Assembly: GCA_050084515.1 (NCBI GenBank)
Contig: CM114271.1
Coordinates: 11,284,001-11,348,000, forward strand
DNA length: 64,000 bases
Source of the DNA: Blasia pusilla
Lineage: Eukaryota
Reading direction: 5' to 3'
In this document: piece after piece, positions 1-11,600 of the stretch
Layout of the letters: each line of letters begins with the position of its first letter
Numbering within the stretch: the stretch's first letter is position 1
Made by a program: the position numbers and the translations under genes
The notes under the pieces: model-generated
Databases searched by the model: none
The model's input: only the letters and a program-made list of their open reading frames with translations
Told to the model about the DNA's origin: nothing

Positions 1-3000
1 AATCCGTCGGAGACTGTTGGGTTGCACGCTTCCCTCATCAAGGGTTAGGAACGATGGCTTCCCGTGCAAGTCGTCGGAGTCTGGCTGGCTGCACCACAAG
101 GCGGCGCCCTTGCGCAACCGGTTGGACGGCGACGGGTTGCACGCCTCGCCGTCTTTGGGCTAAAAGGCGAGGCACCCCCGGAACTCGTCGGGAACAGACG
201 GTTTGCACGCCTCCGGCATCTTCCAGCAAGAAGGAGCGGTATCCCGGCAAGTCGTCGGAGAGCGACGGGTTGCTTGCTTCGACAATGTTTAGCAGAAGCG
301 TGCAACTCGTCCGATGCCGACGGGTTGCAGGCTTCGGTAAGCTTCGGGTAATTTCTGAGTTACCAGGACCCCGACGGGTTCCAAGTGATGCGCAACCCTG
401 TGCTTCCCAAATCCGGTAACATATTGCAACAACATTGAATGTGTCACTGAATTGGATCCATTGTGTCAGACATTCTCCCCCACCGAATTCATCTTGTCAG
501 TAAAAATCTGTCAGGAGTATCTGTTTCCTATTCACTGTAAATTAAATATTCTCATTCTCATTCTCATTCTCAGTCTCAGTCTCCTCCCGTAGGAATCTTC
601 TTGGAATGGATAATTATGTTAAGCTCACTTGTGGCAGTCATCTGGTGGCCCTTCCTCAATCAGAAATCATTCGACCCCAAGCTCGTGAGTCTTTCGTAGC
701 AGTGGATGAAAATTTTCTGTCTGTTCGATTTCTTCTTCAAATTGGAACCATCTTTGTATCCAAAGATGTTAGGGTGGAAGGTATGGAAGAAATAATAGGT
801 GAGACGGTCCAGCAAGTGACCTCAACCGTAAAGTATGGAATCTCCTACCTATCGCAAATGGTCAATACAGAGTTTACGGCCTGCCCCTGAATTCGTCTGT
901 TTCCCAAGTAGACGGTCTAGAATTTCCTAGTGCTCCGAGCTCTACGTTTGCAACTCCAAGCTTTGCAGATCCGGCTTCGACTCCAACTTCGCACACTCGT
1001 AACAATGTTGTTCTTCCTGAAGAGATTCCGGATGTTATCAACCTCAGCGGATCTATCGAACACCAATCGGGCCCTGTGTCCGCCTACTCGTTCCTCTTGC
1101 GAGTATCAGGCAATAGTTTGCTTTCGTCTCTGCCCTTGAAAATGTTCAAGCACATTCTTGTCGACGAGCTGCCGCCCACGTACGATGAAAATTGCATTTT
1201 TGAGTTGCCTCCGCTTCTTTGCTCTGCTCAAAAGAAGGATGGAGGGCGCTGAAGGGTATGGACGAAAAAGTCGATTGTCATCGATGGTGCAGGCTTCAAC
1301 GGACCTGTGCTTCCATCCAGATGGTCCTTGGATTGTCTCCCGCCGCCAATGCGTGGGAGCCTTGGAGTGTAGAAGTCCAGCATGCCCGTATCTAGAGCGC
1401 AACGGGCGAGTCAATACGTCGCAATTCCCCCCCAAGAATGCAGAAACTCCATACGAGGTGGGTGCCACAATACCGCCGGGAGGCCATCGATGTCCTCATT
1501 GTCAGGCATCGCCCTTCTGCGTTGGAGCGTGTCCTGCATACATATTTTTCATTGTCCATGACTTGGGCTCCACGTCAGAGTATACAAAATTTGGCAGTTC
1601 ATGTTGGCTCCCACACTCATCCTGTGACCGATGCAATTCAAAGACACATCAAGGAGGATGTGGCGAAGAAAGTAGCCGAGGTCTTCAGAAACTCTCCGGG
1701 TTCAAAGCCCGGGGTGATCAAGCTCACAACGGCATCACAAATTTGTGAAAAATTGCTTGGAATCCCTGGACAGGGCAAGATCACGGCGGTTGAGGAGAAA
1801 CAACTCTGGGAAAATCTCGCGTTTCTCGCTGATCCTGAATGCTTCCGGAATTTGTTGCGTCAGATACGAGTTTTGGATGGAAAGACGGCCGAAATGGATG
1901 CCATCGCCAAAATCAAGGCTAACTCCAGATTTCCATTTATTCAGAGATGGCAGTTCATGGGCCAAGGAGGCGAGGGATCCAGGGCCTATGTCTTCAAAAT
2001 GTCAACCATAGGTCCCTCGAGTGGCCTCAATCTTATAGATCGAATGAGGGAAGGGGAAGATCTTTACGGGAGCCGGGTCGGCTTTGATATTTGCTCTGAG
2101 TCTTTGAACGGATGGTTGACGATGGGTGCTCACGTTTATGACCATGTGGAGAACGGACTCAAAACTATATTTGTGTGTGAAGTAAAGCGTAAGACGTTGG
2201 CGCGGTTTGAAGATGTCTTTGGTTACTCTTATTGGAGGTGGTGAAGGAAAACAAAAGGCCACCTCCGGAAATTTATGGGTTCATGGCGGACAATGCACAA
2301 CCTGGGTGGATTGCTATCCGGGAAATGTTATGGGGTGGAGAGGTTTCAACTGCAGAGGGAAAGGTCGGATGCTTTCCATTGGCAACAGTCTGTGACCCGG
2401 TACACCAAATCTTGCATCAAGGAGAATAAGAGGACAGAGCATGTCACTCTACTCCAACGCTGCAAGGACAAAAAAACCTTGAAGTAAAGGCCATGGACCG
2501 GGAAGAACTTCATGGGCGGTGGAGGGAGCATGCGATTGAGGGGAAGTACAAAGAGTTGTGCTCTTGGTTGAGTTGGTGGACTGTACGTATGAGACAATGG
2601 GGAAACTTCATGCGGCAGGTGAGTTCACTATTTTGTCTTGTCAAGCTCACGCTGAGAATTGTTTGTAAAGTTGTAGCTCAGGGTGAGAAGCGTGGGAATT
2701 ATATGGATTTCAAACCCAAGAAACCAAGCAAGTTGTCGGATGCGATGGGTTTCCCGAGTGTGCAACCCGACGGAAACCGACGGGTTGCCCAAGGGTGCAA
2801 CCCGACAGAAACCGACGGGTTGCATCCAGATGTTTGATGCAACCCGAGTGTGCAACCCGTCGGGACCCGACGGGTCACAGAGTCGTTCATGGGATGCCTC
2901 GGCCTTGCAACCCGTCGGGTTGCAGTAGGTGGGTTTAAGGTTACAACACGTCGGTTTCCGTCGGGTCGCAGAGTCGTTCATGGGATGCCTCGGGCTTGCA

Positions 3001-4987
3001 ACCCGTCTGGTTCTGACAGGTTGCTTATTTCTTTGACTCCTGGGTTATTTTCGTTCCCTTGTAACATTGCCGTCGTTGCAGGGATTGAACGTTCATGAAA
3101 ATGCCCTCTGCCCCAACACAAGTGGAGCAGAAAGTGTTCATTCCTCCTGGAGGTCGTCACAAGCATGCCAACGAATTTCACTTGTGGAGGCATGCCAACA
3201 AGACCAGGCAAGAGCAATCTACTGATCAGAGCATCCCATATCTTTCTCACAAAAGGCATAACAAAAGGAAAAGGGCCGTCGATCTACGGAGCTCTTTGTT
3301 AGGGCGGTTGTGAGATCTGGTGATGAAAATTTGTATGTCGAGCCCTTCACCGGTGCGTAGCTGGAACTCCACTCGAGCAAGACGTACACATTGGTGGGGA
3401 TATTCGTGCAGGGTGTTTCAAGACGTCCCCCATAGATGGTGGTAGAGCAGTCCGAACGAGACTCGTGGAGACCAGATAAGTATCTTGACTTCAGGCAGGT
3501 AAAGAGGCAGCATCGAGGAACGATTTCGGTGATTGATTTGGATGAGGAAATTACACCGCCCGAGTATTCGGGGACCCCGGACCCGTCCCAAATCCGTGAT
3601 GGAGTTACTTCTCCAAAATCAGTGAATGTTTTATTTCAAAAGCCCTCCTTGGCTGGAAGTTCGCAACATCCTGTCACTGGGGTGGTTCAACAATATGGGA
3701 TTCCGGCAATGGAGGTGGATTGCAACCTAAAACGGTGGCATATATCTCGGAGCAACCCAGGATGTGAACCCACCTGCAGGGCAGGATCTGATGGCATTAG
3801 GAGAGCATGCGACACTTTCCTAAATAAGAACTGTACAAGGACTGGACGACCTCTGCCTGGGTTTTGGGGACTCAAAACCTTTGATCGTTTCACGAGGACC
3901 GGGGATCAATTGAAGTACTTCTTCTGCCCAAATGAATCTTGCGCTTTCCGGGAGTCTTATCCGGCTGCCATTGGAGCTCTCGGGAATACCCCCACGATTT
4001 GGCCCATCGGCGCAGGCACGAACTGCACTCAAGACGAAGTGGACAATCTTACAAGTGCCGGTTTCAGACTCGTAGACGGGGGAAGTTCGAAGCATGTTCG
4101 CATTACAGAGACCTTCGCATTTTGTATTCAACCCAAGATTGATGTCAACATGTACCCGGAGAAGGTGGATGATCTCAATCCATTATTTCTGTTTGAGTCT
4201 AGAAATGGGGTGAAGAGAAACAGAATGTGTAGGCCAACGTTGGAGAGAGCAAAACGAATTGCAGCAGCTCGGGAGGCAAAAATGGAGATCATCGCAACGA
4301 AAGATGTCATGAGTGGCAATGGAATAGGAAGGATGTATTGGGTCAGGAACAACACTTTAAATTCAAGTGTCACAGGGGTGTATGTGGTGCACATCTGTTG
4401 CTTTCCCACATGTTCATGTGATGACTTTGTCCAAAGAGAGACAAAAGGCAAAAGGTATTTCCCTTCTAAGCAGATGTACTATGTGTTGCTGGTAGTTTTA
4501 AGAGATTCAGAGGTAGGAGTAGGAATCCACCAACCAATTCTGTCCCTCAAATAAGTTCGAAATATTTTAAACAAACCACTTTGAGGATGCAAAATGAGGT
4601 GGTTGATTGTACTTTTATTTTTTTCTCAACCTTCACTGTGAGCTTGAACTCTATTCAGCCCGGGGAAAATGATAGATTTTTTCCAGACCTTGGATGGAAA
4701 AAGTGATTGGTTCCACACTTATGATTCCACTGATTTTTCAGTTTTGTAAATTTTGTGCAATTTGCAACTCGTCGGACTCACAGGGGTTGCCAAAATATGG
4801 AAGAGGAAAAAAAATTTGTGGGATTGTTTAATAAATGAACAAAAATGTGCAAAAAATTCACACAAAAAGTTTCCTCTCTTCAACCCAACGGAAACTCTCT
4901 TAAAAAAAAAGTATCTATATCGGTTGAAGGTAGTTTCCTCTCTCCTCTCTCCTCTCTTCCTCTCTTCCTCTCCTCTTACCGCACCTC
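1..4987 (+). mobile_element. Mutator-like (MULE) DNA transposon copy E1, transposase arm; runs off the window on the left, right terminus ...ACCGCACCTC at 4987
   Basis: Contains the transposase pseudogene and palindrome clusters. The CT-rich subterminal tract and terminus are shared with copy E2 (8668-8677 ACCGCTCCTC). An 11-bp target sequence follows at 4988-4998. Confidence 0.8.
606..4584 (+). pseudogene. MULE-type DDE transposase with GCM/WRKY-like Zn finger and C-terminal SWIM finger; two exons, frameshifts and stops
   Basis: Zn finger: RQCVGALECRSPAC...RCPHCQASPFC...GSHTHP. Catalytic candidates: GFD (~2085), FMADNAQ (~2280), DAFHWQQS (CxxH-like, ~2370). GT-AG intron 2619-3081 is followed by NTSGAESVHSSW (third acidic residue). 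SWIM finger: CSCDDF...FP(C/S)K(H/Q)MYY. Confidence 0.8.
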
Positions 4988-5251
4988 TCAGGGGCGAGTA
5001 TCAGGGACGTCTGGCAGAGTGGCAGGAACATTCTCTGCCTTGAGGGAAGGCATGAATTTTTTGACCTTTGCAAAGAGGCAAAGGCATATTACAATAGGCT
5101 AGTTGGGGCGTACAACTCTCCTCCGAAGCCGACAACTTCGGTTCCAGACCCACCATTGGTAGTGACACCATCGTCACTTCCCACGATTTCAAAAATCGGG
5201 ACTGCAAATCCGACAGTAATTCGGGAGGAGCTCTCGGACGATGACGAGTGA
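4988..5251 (+). pseudogene. Inverted C-terminal fragment of the beta-class amino-methyltransferase cargo gene
   Basis: Translates SGASIRDVWQSGRNILCLEGRHEFFDLCKEAK...DDDE*, resembling the GSGTT..A...GR..IG.E....Y segment of N6_N4 MTases. It joins in frame to the minus-strand part ending at 8678-8688. Confidence 0.75.
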
Positions 5252-5289
5252 GTTCAAAGAACTCAAGGATCCAACTTAACTACAGCGTT

Positions 5290-6404
5290 TTGGAGTAGGG
5301 ATTTATTTGATGACGAGGCAGAAGAATTCATAGAATCGATCAAATGTATGGTTCTGAGCTTCCTTTGGATGTAATAAAGGACACGATTTTTTCAAACCAT
5401 GATGGTGTTTGTAAAATTTTGTTGAATATCTTTTTTGGTCTTGACGATTGTGATCGTCTATGTTTTCTGACACTTCATAATGCAACCCGTCGGATTGCCA
5501 CGGTTGCAACTTTTCACTTTTTGACCACTGCACCATTCTAACCACTTCCAGGCAACCTGTCGGATTCCGACACGTTGGCTCCATGAGTGATCGGACTCTT
5601 TCCCTGTTAGTCCAACTTTACAGGCATTCTGGCGGGCTTCTTCACTTTGGCATCTTCCCCTAGTTTCATCAAACAAGTCTTAGGCTTCCTCTCTTCTCTA
5701 AGACGTGTTGGATTCCTACTACCTGGCTGAGGACATGATGGTGGCTCCAAGGACGGAGCACATATTGATACTGGATGGGTATCACCTTGCAGAGCGTACA
5801 AGATTTACTGCCAAAGAAGGCGGTGGGACTCAAATAAGGTTACATGGAACCGTTATGGTGTACGTAGGGGGGTGCCAAGGCTCTCGAATTCGCCAACATT
5901 TTCGATCCCCGTCTACAATCGGCCAGAGGAGCTACTTGTATCCCAGGACATTCCTTTTGTACAGGAACCTAGGAGAGTTAGGAGTAAATTTGTAGATGAC
6001 GAGGCTGAAGAAATCATAGATTAGATCAAATGTACATTTGTGAGCTTCCTTTGGATGTAATAAAGGACAAGATTTTTTCAAACGATAATGGTGTTTGTAA
6101 AAGTTTGTTGAATATTTTTTTTGGACTTGTCGATTGTGTTCGTCTAGCTACTTAGAATGTTTATTTTGCAACCCGTCGGATTCCGACATATTGCAACTTT
6201 TCACTTTTTCACCACTGCAACTTTTTAACCATTTACAAGCAAGCTGTCGGATTTCGACAGGTTGGCTGCTTGAGTGATCGGACTCTTTCCCTGTGAGACC
6301 AACTTTTGAGGCATTGTGGCGGGCTTCTTCACTTTTGGCTAGTATTGTCGAACCAGTTGTAGGCTTCTTTTCTTCTCTAAGACGTGTTGGATTCCTACTA
6401 CCTG
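5290..6404 (+). repeat. Imperfect ~420-bp direct duplication (about 5290-5725 and 5980-6404) around a unique ~255-bp segment
   Basis: Both copies run from GATGACGAGGC.GAAGAA.TCATAGA to GACGTGTTGGATTCCTACTACCTG. Confidence 0.85.
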
Positions 6405-7079
6405 TCGGATTGCCATTTTGGATTCCCAACCGGTTGGATTTTTGTGGGTGCAGGGTGGAATGGAATCACTTCTCAAAATCTTTCCTTTGTTATGTTGAGC
6501 TTGCTTGCAAGGGATGCAAGCCATTTGATTCGGACGAGTTGCAAGAGTTGCAACCTGTAAAATTCCGACAGGTTGGGAGGGGTGCAGCTTCTCGGTTTCT
6601 CAGATTTAGGATCTGAATAAACGGACATCAGTTCCTCTTTACTCCAGACAGCTAACAATCTTTTGGTTCAATTATCGTCTTCTGTGTTCACATTTCACAA
6701 AGTTGGTCTTTATTTGAACCTTTCATTGAGATGAGATTGCTACTTCTGGTCTAATTATTTGCCAATGATCCTCCAACAAAAAAAACCTTTGGGCACAACT
6801 TACTGTAGACTGAGACAGGCAATGTGAAGAAACTTAGGCTCATATGGAGAGTGATGGAAAATTTTTTTAGTGGTCTTATGATGTCTACGTGTTTTTCGCC
6901 CCAGGAAAAAGGAGGTTTCTTTAGGCCCAAATGTGGACCACTACCTACTCTCTTCTAAAGATTTCATGAATTTGAAAGCAAACAAAAATTTCAAATATGT
7001 CAAAAAGTTTTGAAGGCGGCGGCGTTTCAATAGCCTTCAAATATGAGAGGAGGCAGATTTGGCCCTTTTTTTCTAACGA

Positions 7080-7142
7080 GAGACTCTCCTCTCTTCCTCT
7101 CTTCCTCTGCTCTCTTCCTCTCTCCTGCCAGAATACCAACCC
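7080..7142. mobile_element. Probable second (cargo-side) terminus of the MULE element, now inverted
   Basis: CT-rich tract like those at 4935-4978 and 8625-8667, followed by an abrupt junction into the middle of the SWIM exon of copy E2. Confidence 0.5.
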
Positions 7143-8677
7143 CCAGATAAGTATCTTGGCTTCAGGCAGGTGAAGAGGCAGCATCGAGGAACGAACCCGA
7201 TGATTGATTTGGATGAAGAGATAACGCCGCCAAGGTATTCGGGGACCCTGGATTGCTCCAAAATACGTGCTTGAATAACTTCTCCAAAATCAGTGAATGT
7301 TTTATTTCAAAAGCCCTCCGTTGTTGGAAGTTCGCAACATCCGGTCGCTGGGATGGTTCAACAATATGGGATTCCGGTCATTGAGGTGGATTGCAACCTC
7401 AAAAGGTGGCATATATCTCAGAGCAACCCTCAACGTGGACCCACTTGCAGGGCAAATCTGATGGCATTAGGAGAGCATGCACCACTTTCCTAAATTAGAA
7501 GTGTACAAGAACTAGACGACCACTCCCTAGATTTTGGGGACTCAAAACCTTTGATCGTTTCACGAGGACCGAGGATCAATTGAAGTACTTCTTCTACCCA
7601 AATGAATCCTACGCTTTCTAAAAGTCTTATCCGGCTGCCATTGGAGCTTCGGGGAATACCCCCACGATTTGGCCCAACGCCGCAAGTACGAATTGCACTC
7701 ACGACGAAGTGGACAATCTTACAAGTGCTGGTTTCATACTCGTAGACAGAGGAAGTTCGGAGCATGTTCGCATTATAGAGACCTTTGCATTTCATATTCA
7801 ACCCAAGAGTGATGTCAACATGTATCCGGAGAAGGTGGATGATCTCAATTCACTATTTTTGTTTGAGTCTAGAAATGGGATAAAGAGAAACAGGATGTGT
7901 AGGCCAACGGTGGCAAGAGCAAAGCGAATCGCATCAGCTCGGGAGGCAAACATGGAAATCATTGCCACAAAAGATGTCCAGAGTGGCAATGGAATAAGAA
8001 GGATGTATTGGGTCACATTAACACTGTTCATTTAAGTGTCACAGGGGTGTATGTGGTGCATATCTGTTGCTTTCCCACATGTTCCTGTGATGACTTTTTC
8101 CAAAGAGAGACAAGTGGGAAAAGGTATTTCCCTTGTAAGCACATGTACTATGTGTTGCTTGTAGTTATAAGAGAGTCGGAGGTAGGAGTAGGAATCCACC
8201 AACCAATTCTGTCCCTCAAAGAAGTGCAAAGTATTTTAAACAAACCACTTTGAGGATGCAAAATGAGGTCTTAGATTGTACTTTCATTTTCCAGAACCTT
8301 CACTTAGAGCTTGAACTCTATTCAGCCCAGGGCAAATGATAGATTTTTTCTAGACCTTGGATGGAAGAAGTGATTTGTTCCACATTTATGATTCCAATGA
8401 TTTTTCAGATTTTTAAATTTTGTGCAAATTGCAACCAGTCGGATTCAAAGGGGTTGCCAAAATATGGAAGAGGAAAAAAAGATCAGTAGGAGTGCCTAAT
8501 CAGTGAAAACAAAAGTGCAAAAAAATTCACCAAAAAGTTTCCCCTCTTCAACCCAACAGAAACTCACTTCAAATCACAAGAAACTCACTTCAAAAAAAAG
8601 TCTCTCTTTGGGTTGAAGGTAGTTTCCTCTCTCCTCTCTCCTCTCTTCCTCACTTCCTCTCTTCTTTACCGCTCCTC
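7143..8677 (+). mobile_element. MULE copy E2: 5'-truncated SWIM exon plus right terminus
   Basis: Collinear with 3472-4987. The SWIM motif CSCDDFFQRETSGKRYFPCKHMYY is intact at 8008-8253; the copy is frameshifted. Confidence 0.9.
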
Positions 8678-11600
8678 CTCGCCCCTGATAGGGCCACTAA
8701 GTCAAAGACCAAGTCACCTGGCCTCGAGCAAAGCTCCATGAGTGTTTGCATCAAGGCAGGTGACTTCTCCCTTCCTTCAAGTAAGGGGATCCCTTGGGGG
8801 AATTGTAGAGACTATCTAAGCTGTACCCATCACAGCATGGATCCACTGGATCCGGGATCTGGAACGCCTGGAAGTTGTGCTCGGGCCTTACAAAGCAGTA
8901 AAAAAATGAGTGGTCCATGTGTGAACAAGCAAGTGGAAAATAATGTCAACAAAAAGAAAAAGCTAGTAGACCGCTAGTCTACTCTCAATATAGTGACATA
9001 ATGTGCAACCCGTCGGGATCCGACGGGTTGCTCATTTGGCTAGGCAGAGGAGCAACCTGTCGAAGTCCGACTGGTTGCTTTTCATCCCGTCCTACTAGTC
9101 CATAATGATTACCAACCCGTCCAAACTTGGCCTACAGGCCCTGACAGAACAGCAACATGTCGGAGTCCCACGGGTTGTTTTTCAACTCTAAGTGGATTCT
9201 TTGGCTATGAGCAACCAGTCAGAAGCTGACAAGCTGCTCATTTTGTCGGACAGAACCTCCACTTGTCAAAGTCCGATGGTTGGCTTACAATTGAATACAA
9301 TTCTTCAGAGTTGAGAGTTTCTTAATATGAGAGCAACACGTCGCTTTCAGACGGGTTGCATCACTCCAAAAACATGTGGAAAAGCAATGCTACTTGCAGC
9401 CCGTCGAGTTTTGACGCGTTGCAATCAATGGAGACTTGTTGGTGAATTTGCAACTCGTCGGTTTCAGACGGATTGCAACATCGCTGACACAAGTGCAAAG
9501 GATCTCAGGAAAGTTTCTAAGGTGAATTTGCAAGCTGTTGGGATCTGACGGGTTGCATGCAGAGATGGAACCCGTCGGAGTCTGACGGGTTGAATTTCTG
9601 TACAAACTCAATTGGTTGAAAAAGAGCACTTACCCGGACTTGAGTCATCACCGATATGAGTGGATTACTCATTTTTAATGACCCATGATTGCGCCATCCT
9701 CCACTTCAGCGACCTCTTCACGCACTGAAGGTTGAAGAGCTCATCTTCGCTCCCTCCCGTGAGGACCAAGAAACAATCCTTGCCACTCAGATTCGCGTCG
9801 GCAAAAGAAAACAACAGCGCGATCTGGTCATACGAAAGCAGGACATTCCAGTCTAGGACAGTGTGTGACGGATTATTGTCCCACAAGCGAATCCCAAAAG
9901 GCAAATCCGCAATGAGGAGGTCCACCGCCACCTCCTCAACAACCCCATGCACCGTCTAGGGGGCGTGCCCGTTTCGAAGGAGTTTTCGTCCCAGCACGGT
10001 CAATTTCTCGATGGCAGGTGTCGACTCTTGAGAACTGAAACTGTGCAGCTCATCGACAAGATGAGTCAAGTGAAGAAGGACATTTGTCTTGGTGGTAGTT
10101 TCCCTATGCCTGCCCAAGAATGATGGAGTGTATTCCACATCCTTATCTCCTCCCTCGGACTAACCAGACGCCTCCCGCTTTCACTTCTCCTGAGTCTGCT
10201 ATCCGCTTGTTGGAGTCTCCATTACCTTAGACTCCACATGAGTTTTCTTGGACGAGGACCTGGTCCAGCCCTCTTGCCCCGCTTGCCCAGACGATTCCGC
10301 CTCTCACCTTGAAGACTCAGCCTCTTTTCTCGAAGAGTCGACTTCGGAATTCCTCGATCCCCTTGCCTTGGATTTCAAACCCGCTATGGATTTTTCTTTG
10401 GCGGTGATGACCTTTGCCACCAACTCCGCTATCTTGAGGGCTTGCTCTTCCGCATCTCCTTTGAAAAAATTGTTAGGCTTCACGAAGTTCGGAATGTCGT
10501 CCCTACCTGCGACCAGTGCATGATAGACCACACGTAGATTTTTGTCCGTAATGTCCTCTGAGTGGTTGAAGTCCAACCAGATTGGACAATTGATTACCTC
10601 CTAATCGGACATGCCCTATCCCATCTCCATGTCATTTATGGAGAATCCCTCTCCATCAAGCGGAGAAGCCCACAATTTGCAGGCTGCCGGAATTTTTTGC
10701 CTAGTACCTGCATTCATACAATTGATGAGGTACCTGTACACCATCCGCTCGGCAGCTCTTTGTTGAGATGACTCGACCCCTTGGTCCTGAAGATCTCGCT
10801 TCTTCTTTGCAAAATCCCATTTTCTGGCGTCTATTTCCTCATCCAGGTCTGCCTGAGGGAGGATGTGATTCTTGAACATCATCTTGAATCATGGGTTTTT
10901 CGTCAGCTTCTCTCTAATGTCATCAAGCCATAGTTCAAAATCTTCTACAGCCTCTAGGTTTGCTTCTTCTGGAACTGGCTGAATCTTCTTCAGCTCTGCT
11001 TGTAGACCCACGATCATGGACTTCCCGAGAAGGCGCAATGCGTCCCAGAATGACCATTCCCGTAGCCAATGGGAGATCACTAGATCTGAAACTCCCAACG
11101 GGTGGTGTGCCGCCCACTTTTGGGCCTCAGTGCCCTCGAGACTGATTTTCATCAATCGGATATCCCAGACATCGCAAACCTGTGCACGCGGTCCAGAGAC
11201 ACTTTCTCTCCAATCTGACCCTGTGGATCTTCGTCTCTCTTCCGCACGCGCTTGATTATCGCCTTGAGCTCCTTGTAAAACTCCGGGCCAAGTTCGGGGT
11301 TGAGGACTGCAATATAACGCTGCATCTTGCTTGCAATGTACTTTGTAGTTGTAGATACGGCATCCTGAATAAACTTTGCACATTCTGATGCGGACACGTT
11401 CTCCCTTTGCTCCAGTTCCAACGTAGCACTATTCTTGGCGGCCTGGATCTTGGACCAACATAGGATTGTGACGGTTGCATCTTGGGAAATGAAGGTATTT
11501 TCCCATGTCTTCTTTTTTATTTGAGCTCCCTTTTCCAGCATTTCATTCACCAGATCCTGGCCCATGAATCCCTTGTACTCTTCCGGGTGCATCGTAAGCA

